From a virus (lineage: Duplodnaviria; Caudoviricetes), in IMG/VR virus record IMGVR_UViG_3300027707_000103, positions 1 to 24,843 of that record: DNA of 24,843 nt; one strand, given 5' to 3'. Below are positions 1 to 8,669 of the stretch, one piece after another. The stretch's first letter is position 1. Each line of letters starts with the position of its first letter. The position numbers were made by a program, and so were the translations under genes. The notes beneath the pieces were generated by a model. That model was not told where the DNA came from. It worked only from the letters and a program-made list of their open reading frames with translations, and ran no database searches.

Positions 1-3
1 TTA

Positions 4-210
4 TTGGTGATTATGGCTATAGGTGTAGGAATCTATATGGCTGATGAAATAGAATATGGAATAGAGCTCTCTACATTCAAATGGTCAAGTTTTGAACTAG
101 GTGTAACTAATAGAAACTACACATGGGATGGTGGAGATGAGGAACAGGAGCTTAGGATAGGGCTGTTCTTTATTACGTTCTTTATATCATTTTTTAGAAA
201 TAGTGCATAA
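4..210 (+). CDS. hypothetical protein, possibly membrane-associated; 5' end uncertain
   Basis: Open frame ending TAA at 210 with hydrophobic C-terminus (LRIGLFFITFFISFF); start could be upstream of the window or at ATG 37. Confidence 0.5.
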   Translation: MVIMAIGVGIYMADEIEYGIELSTFKWSSFELGVTNRNYTWDGGDEEQELRIGLFFITFFISFFRNSA

Positions 211-231
211 TATAGCATTCACTCATAGACA

Positions 232-246
232 TAATTAGATTAGTTA
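232..246. promoter_or_regulatory. operator-like imperfect palindrome TAATTAGATTAGTTA
   Basis: Closely matches two copies at 19343 and 19365; abuts the -33 TTTG box of the promoter at 247. Confidence 0.55.
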
Positions 247-277
247 TTTGTGGGTCAATAGATTATACATACCTTTG
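247..277 (+). promoter_or_regulatory. Bacteroidota housekeeping-sigma promoter (-33 TTTG / -7 TAnnTTTG)
   Basis: TTTG at 247-250, 19-nt spacer, TACCTTTG at 270-277, 12 nt upstream of ATG 290; exact match to the consensus. Confidence 0.75.
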
Positions 278-289
278 CTTTAATTATAT

Positions 290-646
290 ATGGAAAACAA
301 TAAGAAAATAGTAGTTCAAAAGCTAAAGAAGCCTGTGTCAGACAACTATGCCTGTGCAGAGAAGTATTATAGCTTATTGTCTTCATTGAATGATTTAAAG
401 CTTACGACAAGGGAGATACAGTTGATTGCCTTCACAGCCATTAAGGGGAACATCTCCTATGCCAACATCAGGGAGGAGTTTTGTGCTAAATACAGTTCTT
501 CAGGGCCAACAATCAATAATTTGATTTCTAAGCTGAAGCGTATGAAGATTTTCATAAAGGATGGCAGTAAGATAAAGATTAATCCTATTATATCCTTGGC
601 ATTTGATAATGATGTAGTGTTACAAATAACTATAACCCATGGATAG
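290..646 (+). CDS. putative winged-helix DNA-binding protein (RepL-like)
   Basis: Basic 118 aa protein; LTTREIQLI...ISYANIREEF...SSGPTINNLISKLKRMKIFIKDGSKIKINP fits an HTH followed by a wing hairpin. Confidence 0.55.
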   Translation: MENNKKIVVQKLKKPVSDNYACAEKYYSLLSSLNDLKLTTREIQLIAFTAIKGNISYANIREEFCAKYSSSGPTINNLISKLKRMKIFIKDGSKIKINPIISLAFDNDVVLQITITHG

Positions 647-995
647 TAAGCCTGCAGCAATGAATATTAAGGATTATTTGATTAGGCTGTTGGCTGTTAA
701 AATCCTGACAAGTGAAAAGACAATAGATGCTGTCATCACCCACCAATTCCAATCTGCCAACGAAGCCCTTGATTTAAACAATAGTGTAGAGATTTCTGGA
801 TTTGGGAAATTCTTCTTTAATAATAAGAAGGCGATTAAGAGACTGGGAGCTCTCAATGCCAAGAAGCAGGAAGTGGAGAAAATCTCTATAAATGAGACAT
901 TGACAGAGCAGAAGAGAAACGCAGCTAGAGTTACATTAGCACAGACAATCACTAGAATAGGAATGTTAAAAGCTAGAATTACACATGAAGATTAA
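639..995 (+). CDS. HU/IHF-like DNA-binding protein
   Basis: Two N-terminal helices then ALDLNNSVEISGFGKFFF, the HU/IHF 'V.i.GFG.F' signature; IHF-like genes are typical of crAss-like structural modules. Confidence 0.65.
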   Translation: MDSKPAAMNIKDYLIRLLAVKILTSEKTIDAVITHQFQSANEALDLNNSVEISGFGKFFFNNKKAIKRLGALNAKKQEVEKISINETLTEQKRNAARVTLAQTITRIGMLKARITHED

Positions 996-1284
996 CTTTT
1001 CACAGATGTATGAGGGCTGGAAGAACAACCTGTTTCCAGCAAATGACATGAAGACAGCCATTAAGGATATGCATAGGGAAAGAATGGTGATATGTGAGCA
1101 GTGTGAATGGATTTCTACAAAGCATAAAACAATAAGGCCAGATGTACATTGTACAGATTGTGGCTGTACACTATCTGCCAAAACTAGATGTCTGTCATGT
1201 GAATGTCCCTTAAAGAAATGGGGAGCTTACATTAAGACACAAGAAGAAGAACAAATCTTTTTAAAAAATATATATGGAAAATAA
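985..1284 (+). CDS. small Cys-rich Zn-binding protein
   Basis: RMVICEQCE...CTDCGCTLSAKTRCLSCECPLKKW: two CxxC pairs plus terminal CP.kKW, a common phage Zn-finger pattern. Confidence 0.65.
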   Translation: MKINFSQMYEGWKNNLFPANDMKTAIKDMHRERMVICEQCEWISTKHKTIRPDVHCTDCGCTLSAKTRCLSCECPLKKWGAYIKTQEEEQIFLKNIYGK

Positions 1285-1525
1285 AGAAGTTTGTATTAAA
1301 AAGATTCCTTTAGATAACTTCATAAATGTACTTATGGAGCTATATAACAAAGGACTAGATTATGTTGATATCCAAGGAGTTACAGATGATAGTCAAGATA
1401 GGCTTGCTATATCATTTACAAATGAATATATGACTCCAGAAGGAATACAAAACTTCATGGGTTCTTCTCATGTAGAGGAGATGGACATGAAACTAACAGA
1501 TGAGGATTTAAACCGATTATTATGA
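1274..1525 (+). CDS. hypothetical acidic protein
   Basis: 83 aa ORF overlapping both neighbours (ATGA coupling with the next gene). Confidence 0.7.
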   Translation: MENKEVCIKKIPLDNFINVLMELYNKGLDYVDIQGVTDDSQDRLAISFTNEYMTPEGIQNFMGSSHVEEMDMKLTDEDLNRLL

Positions 1526-1809
1526 GTAAAAATTATTATAACCAAATAATTCATATTCTCCAAGAACTACATAAAGGATTTCCTACATATAATATGGGAA
1601 GGCATTTATCTACAGCTCTTGATGAATATGGGTGTAATATTTGGGGGATGACAGATAAAGAGATGGAATATGTTTTATATAAATATAAGTCTCAATTAGA
1701 GATGGATGTTCCACACACAGATGATGACAATGAGCTAGATAAGATTATAAAAGATGGGATGGATCTTGATAATATTTTAAAAGAGGAGGAAGAAGATGGC
1801 AATTACTAA
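1522..1809 (+). CDS. hypothetical protein with acidic C-terminus
   Basis: 95 aa ORF translationally coupled on both sides. Confidence 0.7.
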   Translation: MSKNYYNQIIHILQELHKGFPTYNMGRHLSTALDEYGCNIWGMTDKEMEYVLYKYKSQLEMDVPHTDDDNELDKIIKDGMDLDNILKEEEEDGNY

Positions 1810-2128
1810 AAAAGCATTACTTATAGAATATGAGTTGGAGTTTTTAGAAACAAAACTTCAAGAACTAAAGGAATACATACAACAAAATCCTTTCAGTTCT
1901 TTAGCTGATAGAATGGCTTGGAAAGAAACAAAGGGAGGAGGAGCTATTCCTATATGTATAGCTAATAAGGAAGCACAGAGAAAAGACCTTACACAAGCTT
2001 TGAAGGATTATGCAGAAATTTTACGTACAGTGGATGCTATGAGAGAAAAGGAAGAAAGTAAAATAGAGGTGAGAGGGAAAGGAGAACTAAGCACAATGGC
2101 TGAGGATTTCCTTAAAAACAGAAAATGA
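1796..2128 (+). CDS. helical protein, candidate terminase small subunit
   Basis: 110 aa coiled-coil-like ORF overlapping the large terminase start (ATGA); function inferred from position only. Confidence 0.45.
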   Translation: MAITKKALLIEYELEFLETKLQELKEYIQQNPFSSLADRMAWKETKGGGAIPICIANKEAQRKDLTQALKDYAEILRTVDAMREKEESKIEVRGKGELSTMAEDFLKNRK

Positions 2129-4161
2129 ATCTACAGAGTATAGACTATAAAGACTGGTTTATAAATCAGAAGCGTATTCCTGACAAAACTAGTGAGGAAT
2201 TTAAAGGATTCTTTGATTTTCACAAAGACTTATGTTTGAATGGCTGTATGGTGGGGGGTGTTTACATAAACCCATTTTTATATTGGCATTTAAATATGTG
2301 GCATACAGAGGTGGATGTTATTGATGATCGTGGAAGAATCTCTCAGAAATATGCCAATCCCTTTCTTAGAGATAATGAGTGGGTGATTACCAATGAGATA
2401 GATAGGGCCCAAATAGAAAAGAAGGGACTACTAATTCTTGGTATTAGACGTTTAGCTAAGTCTGTCATAGAGGCATCTTATGTATCTTGGGGTGCAACAT
2501 TTGATGAAAACTCACAAAACATCATCTCTGGACTGAATGCTCCAGATATAAAACTAATTACAGATAAGATAGATAAAGGACTCAACTTTTTACCAGAAGC
2601 TTGGAGGTGGCAGAGGATAGAAGATAATTGGAAGAATCAAGTGACGCTAGGAATTAAAACTAGAGGAGGAGAAAGAATCCCATTCTCTTCAATTCTTATT
2701 CGTAACCTTGATGAGGGTAATAATGAAGAGGCAATTGCAGGTACTAAACCACGTAAATTAATTATAGATGAAATTGGTAAAGGAAATTTCCTTAGAGGCT
2801 TACAAGCTGCTATTCCAGGTTTCACAACTCCTTTTGGCTGGGGATGTAGCCCCATTCTCACTGGTACTGGTGGTGACATGAAGAAATTCATGGATGCAAA
2901 GAGTCTTATGTTTGATGTAGATAATTTTAATTTCCTTTCTTATAATAATGAGAAGGATACATCTAGAATGCATGGACTCTTTATTGGACATAAATATAGA
3001 ATGGAAGCTAAAGAACAGTCTACGCTAGGAGCTTTCCTAAACGAACCTCTTTCCTCAGAACTATATAATGTAAGCATGTTAGTTTCTAATGAAGAGAAGG
3101 CTACAGAGATTACAGAGACAAACCTAACAAGACTTAAAAAGGCTGGAGACAGAATAGCATATTTAAAAGAGAAGATGTATTATCCACAGGAAGTGGATGA
3201 CATATTCTTAAATGAGGATACAAATATATTTGATATTGAATCTGCTAAGAGACAGAAGAGCAGGTTGTTACAACAAGAACGTACAGGAGTTCCTGTTATA
3301 TTGTATGCAGAAGAAACTACAATTAAACATGAATTTACAGATAAGCTCCCTATATCCAACTTCCCTTTGAAGAACAGTGATATGAAAGATGCTCCTGTTA
3401 TTGTGTACGAATTCCCTATAGAAAACCCTCCTTATGGATTGTACGTAGCTGGAGTGGATCCTTACAGACAAGGTAAGTCTGCCTATAGCTCCTCCTTAGG
3501 AGCAGTTTATGTTTACAAGCGTATGCACGAACTTACAGGAGAAAAATACCAAGATATGTTTGTAGCTTCCTATGTAGCAAGACCTGATAAGAAAGAACAT
3601 TGGGAGGAACAAGCTCGTTTACTAATCAAGTATTATAATGCTAGAACACTGTGTGAGAATGATGACATATCCTTTATTGAATATATGAAAGCTAAAGGAG
3701 ATGGTCACTATCTAGAGAAACAACCTCAATGGCTGATGGAGATTGTTCCTAATACAACAGTTAAAAGAGAATTTGGAATTCATCGCTCAAGTCAGAAAAT
3801 AATTGACTATCTTCACACATGCTTAAAGAAGTATATGGAAGAAACAATATATAAAGAGAAGGATGATGATGGAAAGATTATAAGAGAGGTGCTAGGAGTT
3901 CATAAGATATTTGATCCTGTACTTCTTGAAGAAATCATCCAATACAATGATCAGGGTAACTTTGATAGAATTATAGCAGCAGAACTAGCTATTGCTCAAG
4001 CACTTAAGATGGACCCAATTATGGGAAGAATAGGTGGAACAAGTGATCAGAGAGTAGCTTCTATGTATACTAAAAGAAAAAAGAGTAAATTATTTACAGA
4101 ATCAAGAGGAGGCACATTTGGACAAGCTCCTAGAAAATATAAAAATAAATTGTTTTCATAA
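2125..4161 (+). CDS. terL: terminase large subunit
   Basis: Walker A-like GIRRLAKS, Walker B LIIDEIG, motif III TGTGG, RNase H-like nuclease motifs VAGVDPY and NFDRIIA; directly upstream of the portal. Confidence 0.93.
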   Translation: MNLQSIDYKDWFINQKRIPDKTSEEFKGFFDFHKDLCLNGCMVGGVYINPFLYWHLNMWHTEVDVIDDRGRISQKYANPFLRDNEWVITNEIDRAQIEKKGLLILGIRRLAKSVIEASYVSWGATFDENSQNIISGLNAPDIKLITDKIDKGLNFLPEAWRWQRIEDNWKNQVTLGIKTRGGERIPFSSILIRNLDEGNNEEAIAGTKPRKLIIDEIGKGNFLRGLQAAIPGFTTPFGWGCSPILTGTGGDMKKFMDAKSLMFDVDNFNFLSYNNEKDTSRMHGLFIGHKYRMEAKEQSTLGAFLNEPLSSELYNVSMLVSNEEKATEITETNLTRLKKAGDRIAYLKEKMYYPQEVDDIFLNEDTNIFDIESAKRQKSRLLQQERTGVPVILYAEETTIKHEFTDKLPISNFPLKNSDMKDAPVIVYEFPIENPPYGLYVAGVDPYRQGKSAYSSSLGAVYVYKRMHELTGEKYQDMFVASYVARPDKKEHWEEQARLLIKYYNARTLCENDDISFIEYMKAKGDGHYLEKQPQWLMEIVPNTTVKREFGIHRSSQKIIDYLHTCLKKYMEETIYKEKDDDGKIIREVLGVHKIFDPVLLEEIIQYNDQGNFDRIIAAELAIAQALKMDPIMGRIGGTSDQRVASMYTKRKKSKLFTESRGGTFGQAPRKYKNKLFS

Positions 4162-6740
4162 TGGCAATTATAAGATATACAAAAGACGCAACAATTAGGT
4201 ATGCCTATTTGAACATATTTCCTGACCAATTTAAAACTGATAAGGAGAAGCAAGATGAAAGTTGGATTAAAAACACAATGGACTATTTTGCTAATAAGGC
4301 ATATGCTGAATATACAAAGAATAGAGACACCTTTGTTAAAAACTATGATTTGATGAAGGGAATTCTCAGAAGAGAAGACTTTTATCAAGAACCAGAGGTG
4401 AGAAGTTTTACAGATGTATTAACATCAGATCTTGCTCTTCCTGCATATGTTAAAATGTATTCCATCATCACCACTCCTGTTAATGAGTTGGTAGGTGAAA
4501 TATCTAAGAGACCTGATGCTTTTCGTGTCAAGGCTTTTGATGATGATAGTAAGTCTGAAGAGCTTGAGTTTAAGACAGGTATATTACAAGAGTATGTAAT
4601 CAATCAAGCTAAACAAAAGATTCAAGAGAAAGCTGCCTTACAAGGAGAAGAGATTGATGATGAGCAATTACAGCAAATGACAATGGACCAGGTGAAGGAT
4701 AGTATTGACAGCTATACATCTATTGCTGAAAAATGGGCAAACCATATTCTTACAGCACAGAAAGCTGAGTTCAACACCAAAGAAAAGAGTGAAGATGCTT
4801 TCAGAGATATGTTAATATCTGCTAGGGAGTTCTATCATATATATGAAGATAATTCAAAACTTGGGTTTAACATAGAAGTGGCTAATCCAAAAAATACATG
4901 GTTTTTAACAACACCAGATAGAAAATACATATCAGATCCAACAGGTAGGGTGCAAGGAGCGTATGCTGCTGGTACAGTGCAGGTGATGGAACTATCTGAA
5001 ATCATTGAAGCTATTCCCGATCTTACTAAAGATGAAATAGATCATTTAAGAAGTTCATTACAGGATTATGGATTGATTAATGTACGTGAATCCAATCTTG
5101 GTAATCCTAATGCTATTCCTGGGAATGACTCCATACAATATGATACATATGATCCTCTTGTTCTACAAACTAGAATGCTCATTGAATCAGAGATGAAGGA
5201 AAACAATGATGGTCTTAGAGATTTCTTAGGGCTAACGTCTAACGTTAGTAGTTTTGGTTATAAGTATGTAGTGGTGAGAGCTTATTGGATTTCTAAGAAA
5301 AAGATAGGCAAGCTTATATATTTAGATGAGATGGGTAATGAACAATCTCTACTTGTAGATGAACATTATAAATCAGGAACAATTCCTACACAACAATCAT
5401 TAGAATGGGGATGGATTAACCAATGGTATCAGGGGACAAAGATTGGTCCAGACATCTATCATATTAAACCATACAAATTATTAAACTACTGTCCTATCAT
5501 TGGTCAGGTGTTTGAGGTGAAGAATACAGAAGCTAAAAGCTTAGTAGATCTTATGAAGCCTTTCCAAGTGTTATATAATGTATGTATGAACCAGCTTTAC
5601 AAACTTCTTGAGAAGGAGGTGGGTAAGGTGCAACTTATGTCTATTAGACACATTCCTATTCCTAAAGATGGAGATGCACAAGATGCTCTTGACATATGGG
5701 AAATGGAAGCTCGTAATAGAGGAGTGGTATTTGTTGATGATAGTCCAGAGAATTTAAAAGCTCCTTCTAGCTTCAATCAATTCACAAGTCTAGATCTTAC
5801 ACGTACACAAGAGATACAATCTCGTTATACACTAGCTCAACAATTAAAGAATGAGTGTTGGGAACTAATTGGTATGTCTAGACAAAGAATGGGAAGTGTA
5901 TCAGCTAGCGAGAGTGCTACAGGAACTAATGCAGCTATTACACAAAGTTATTCTCAAACAGAACCATTGTTCATAGCTCATGAATATGTGTTAGGACAGC
6001 TCTACCAATCTATAATCGATGCATCTCTGTATGTAGAGAGTCAGAAGCCACAATCTACTATTTCCTATATTACATCTCAAGGAGAATCTGCATTTGTACA
6101 AGTGAATGGTTCTGATCTTAAGTTTAGAGACTTGAAGGTGTATTTAACTAATAGACCAGAGGATCAAAAAATGTTTAATGAGTTAAGAGGATTGTCTCAA
6201 GCTGTTATTCAAAATGGTGGAAGCTTGTCTGACATCATTGAATTGTATTCAACTGATTCTGTTCGTCAAATGAAAAAGGTGTTCACAACACTTAAAGAGA
6301 GACAACAGCAATTAGAAGATCAGAAGATGCAACAACAACAGCAACAATTGGAACAACAGCAACAACAAGCTGACGCTCAAATTGCAGCTGCTCAACAAGC
6401 ACAACAAGAAAAAATGGCTAATGATGATTATCAAAATGAGTTGGATAGAATAAACAAGAAAGAGATTGCATTAATTGCTGCTGAATCTAAAGGAGGCTTA
6501 CCAGATTTAGATAAATCTGGAGCTCCTGATGTATTGGAAATCAACAAGTTATCATTAGAGCAATCAAAAGCTAGCAGAGAATATCAAACAAAAATGGCTG
6601 ACATTCAATCTAAAAATACATTAGCTTCACAAAAGCTACAGGTGGAAAAAGAGAAACTACAGGTGGCTAGAGAAAACCAAGCAAATGATCTTGCTATAGC
6701 TAAAGAGAATGCCAAGGGTAGGAACAAGAAAACTAAATAA
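4161..6740 (+). CDS. portal protein (crAss-like)
   Basis: 859 aa; follows terL by TAATG overlap; YSIITTPVNELVGE, WGWINQWYQGTKIG, SLVDLMKPFQVLYN, IGMSRQRMG segments and a Gln-rich C-terminal coiled coil as in crAss-like portals. Confidence 0.88.
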   Translation: MAIIRYTKDATIRYAYLNIFPDQFKTDKEKQDESWIKNTMDYFANKAYAEYTKNRDTFVKNYDLMKGILRREDFYQEPEVRSFTDVLTSDLALPAYVKMYSIITTPVNELVGEISKRPDAFRVKAFDDDSKSEELEFKTGILQEYVINQAKQKIQEKAALQGEEIDDEQLQQMTMDQVKDSIDSYTSIAEKWANHILTAQKAEFNTKEKSEDAFRDMLISAREFYHIYEDNSKLGFNIEVANPKNTWFLTTPDRKYISDPTGRVQGAYAAGTVQVMELSEIIEAIPDLTKDEIDHLRSSLQDYGLINVRESNLGNPNAIPGNDSIQYDTYDPLVLQTRMLIESEMKENNDGLRDFLGLTSNVSSFGYKYVVVRAYWISKKKIGKLIYLDEMGNEQSLLVDEHYKSGTIPTQQSLEWGWINQWYQGTKIGPDIYHIKPYKLLNYCPIIGQVFEVKNTEAKSLVDLMKPFQVLYNVCMNQLYKLLEKEVGKVQLMSIRHIPIPKDGDAQDALDIWEMEARNRGVVFVDDSPENLKAPSSFNQFTSLDLTRTQEIQSRYTLAQQLKNECWELIGMSRQRMGSVSASESATGTNAAITQSYSQTEPLFIAHEYVLGQLYQSIIDASLYVESQKPQSTISYITSQGESAFVQVNGSDLKFRDLKVYLTNRPEDQKMFNELRGLSQAVIQNGGSLSDIIELYSTDSVRQMKKVFTTLKERQQQLEDQKMQQQQQQLEQQQQQADAQIAAAQQAQQEKMANDDYQNELDRINKKEIALIAAESKGGLPDLDKSGAPDVLEINKLSLEQSKASREYQTKMADIQSKNTLASQKLQVEKEKLQVARENQANDLAIAKENAKGRNKKTK

Positions 6741-6742
6741 TT

Positions 6743-7273
6743 ATGTTTGATAAACTGATTGAAATAATAACTAATTGGTGGTTACAATTAACACCAATCA
6801 TTATTATAAGAGACTATGAGGAAGCTGTTCTTCTTAGATTTGGAAGATTTAAAGCAGTTTTTAAACCTGGTATGCATTTCAAAATCCCTTTATTTGATGA
6901 GGTGATAGATCAACATGTCGTTGTTACAACATTGAGTCTTGATGCTCAATCCCTATACACCAAGGACAAACAGAATATTGTGGTGAAAGGACTTATCAAA
7001 TATAAGATAGCAGACGTTAAAATATTTCTTCTTGAGGTGTATGATGCACAGGATGCCCTGTCAGACATGTCTCAAAGTATTATAAAAAATGTCATTATGT
7101 CTATGACCATGGATGAATGTACAGATTCTGAACTTGACAATACATTAACTAAGAAGGTGAGAGTGGAAGCAAAGAAATGGGGAGTTGAAGTTCAACAAGT
7201 AACACTTACAGATCTTGCTCCAATTAGAAGCTACAGGCTAATAAATGACAATTTTACAAACAAACTTGATTAG
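6743..7273 (+). CDS. SPFH/Band-7 (stomatin/HflC-like) domain protein
   Basis: YEEAVLLRFGRF..VFKPGMHFKIPLFD, QSLYTKDKQNIVV, AKKWGVEVQQVTLTDL are canonical SPFH motifs; short N-terminal hydrophobic stretch. Confidence 0.9.
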   Translation: MFDKLIEIITNWWLQLTPIIIIRDYEEAVLLRFGRFKAVFKPGMHFKIPLFDEVIDQHVVVTTLSLDAQSLYTKDKQNIVVKGLIKYKIADVKIFLLEVYDAQDALSDMSQSIIKNVIMSMTMDECTDSELDNTLTKKVRVEAKKWGVEVQQVTLTDLAPIRSYRLINDNFTNKLD

Positions 7274-7331
7274 AGTGAATAAAGTTAATGCTATATTATA
7301 TTGAATATTGATGAGTATAGTGCCTTCTCTC

Positions 7332-7362
7332 TTTGCTATTAATTATAAATAATATAATTTTA
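7332..7362 (+). promoter_or_regulatory. possible Bacteroidota-type promoter for the capsid operon
   Basis: TTTG at 7332-7335, 19-nt spacer, TAATTTTA at 7355-7362 (one mismatch to TAnnTTTG) in the intergenic gap; the region is very AT-rich so a chance match is possible. Confidence 0.4.
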
Positions 7363-7393
7363 CATTTCGAAACCAATTAAAAATCAACTACAT

Positions 7394-8638
7394 ATGGCAG
7401 AAAATATAGATAGTCCAAGTCTTTTTAGTATCCAAGATACTATGGAAATGGGAATGGGGAACCAACAACTCTTGAGTGATTTATTTGCTCCAGAGATTGC
7501 TACATCTAATCCTGATGATATTCAGAAAATAGATAAACCTTCTCCTCCTCCTCCTGAAAAAAAGACAGAAGCTCCTGCAAAAGCAGCTGCTCCAACTACT
7601 ACAGAAGAAACTCCAGCAATTGATGAAAAGAAATCTATTACAGATTTCTTAATGGATGATGAAGAAGAAAAAGAAGATGAAGATGAACCAGTTAAAAAGG
7701 TTTCTCCAATTTCTACAACACCCAACACTGAGAACAATGAAGAAGAGGGTGAATCAAATCAATTCACTGCTCTTTCTAAAGATCTTTTAAAATTAGGAGT
7801 GTTTTCTAAAGAAGAAGATGAAGATGATGTTCCAATAAACAATGCTGAAGAATTTTTAGAGAGATTCAACGCTGAGAAAAAGAAAGGAGCTATTGAAGTG
7901 GTAAACAACTTCATAGGTCAATTTGGAGAAGAATATCAACAAGCGTTTGATGCCATATATGTAAAAGGAGTTAATCCTAAAGATTATTTTGGAGCATTTA
8001 ACCAAATACAATCTTTTGCTGATATGGATCTTGCACAGGAAGCAAACCAAGTGAAAGTGATTACGCAAGCACTCACTGACCAAGGCCTTGATCCTGAAGA
8101 TGTTACAACAGAAGTAGAAAGACTAAAGAACTATGGTGATCTTGAAAGCGTTGCTGGAAAACATCATAAGGTTTTAATAAAGAAAGAAGCTGTAAAGCTT
8201 CAACAACTAGAACAAGAAAAAGAGGTTCAATTACAACAACAAGCTCAATATAAGCAACAGTATTCCACAAATGTAAATCAAGTTTTACAGGATAAGTTGA
8301 AGAACAAAGAGTTTGATGGTATTCCTCTTAATCAAAAATTGGCTGGTGAACTACAAGATTTCTTAACAATAGATAAGTATAAAACAAACTCTGGTGAAAC
8401 ATTAACAGAATTTGATAAAACCATCCTAGAACTTAAGCGTCCTGAGAATCATGAAAAGAAGGTGAAGATAGCTTTATTATTAAAGATATTAGAAAAAGAT
8501 CCTACACTATCAACAATTCAAAAGACTGGTATCACCAAAAAATCAAATGAATTGTTTGGAGAGGTGGCCAGACAGGCAAGCAAAAGTGCTGTGAAATCTC
8601 AAAAACCTGCTAATGTCCCCACATCATGGTTTCAATAA
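7394..8638 (+). CDS. acidic capsid-assembly/scaffold-like protein (crAss gene upstream of MCP)
   Basis: Disordered Pro/Glu/Asp-rich N-terminal third, then helical Gln-rich region; located between portal and MCP. Confidence 0.65.
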   Translation: MAENIDSPSLFSIQDTMEMGMGNQQLLSDLFAPEIATSNPDDIQKIDKPSPPPPEKKTEAPAKAAAPTTTEETPAIDEKKSITDFLMDDEEEKEDEDEPVKKVSPISTTPNTENNEEEGESNQFTALSKDLLKLGVFSKEEDEDDVPINNAEEFLERFNAEKKKGAIEVVNNFIGQFGEEYQQAFDAIYVKGVNPKDYFGAFNQIQSFADMDLAQEANQVKVITQALTDQGLDPEDVTTEVERLKNYGDLESVAGKHHKVLIKKEAVKLQQLEQEKEVQLQQQAQYKQQYSTNVNQVLQDKLKNKEFDGIPLNQKLAGELQDFLTIDKYKTNSGETLTEFDKTILELKRPENHEKKVKIALLLKILEKDPTLSTIQKTGITKKSNELFGEVARQASKSAVKSQKPANVPTSWFQ

Positions 8639-8669
8639 TTTATAAATAAAAATTTAAAAAAATAACAAA

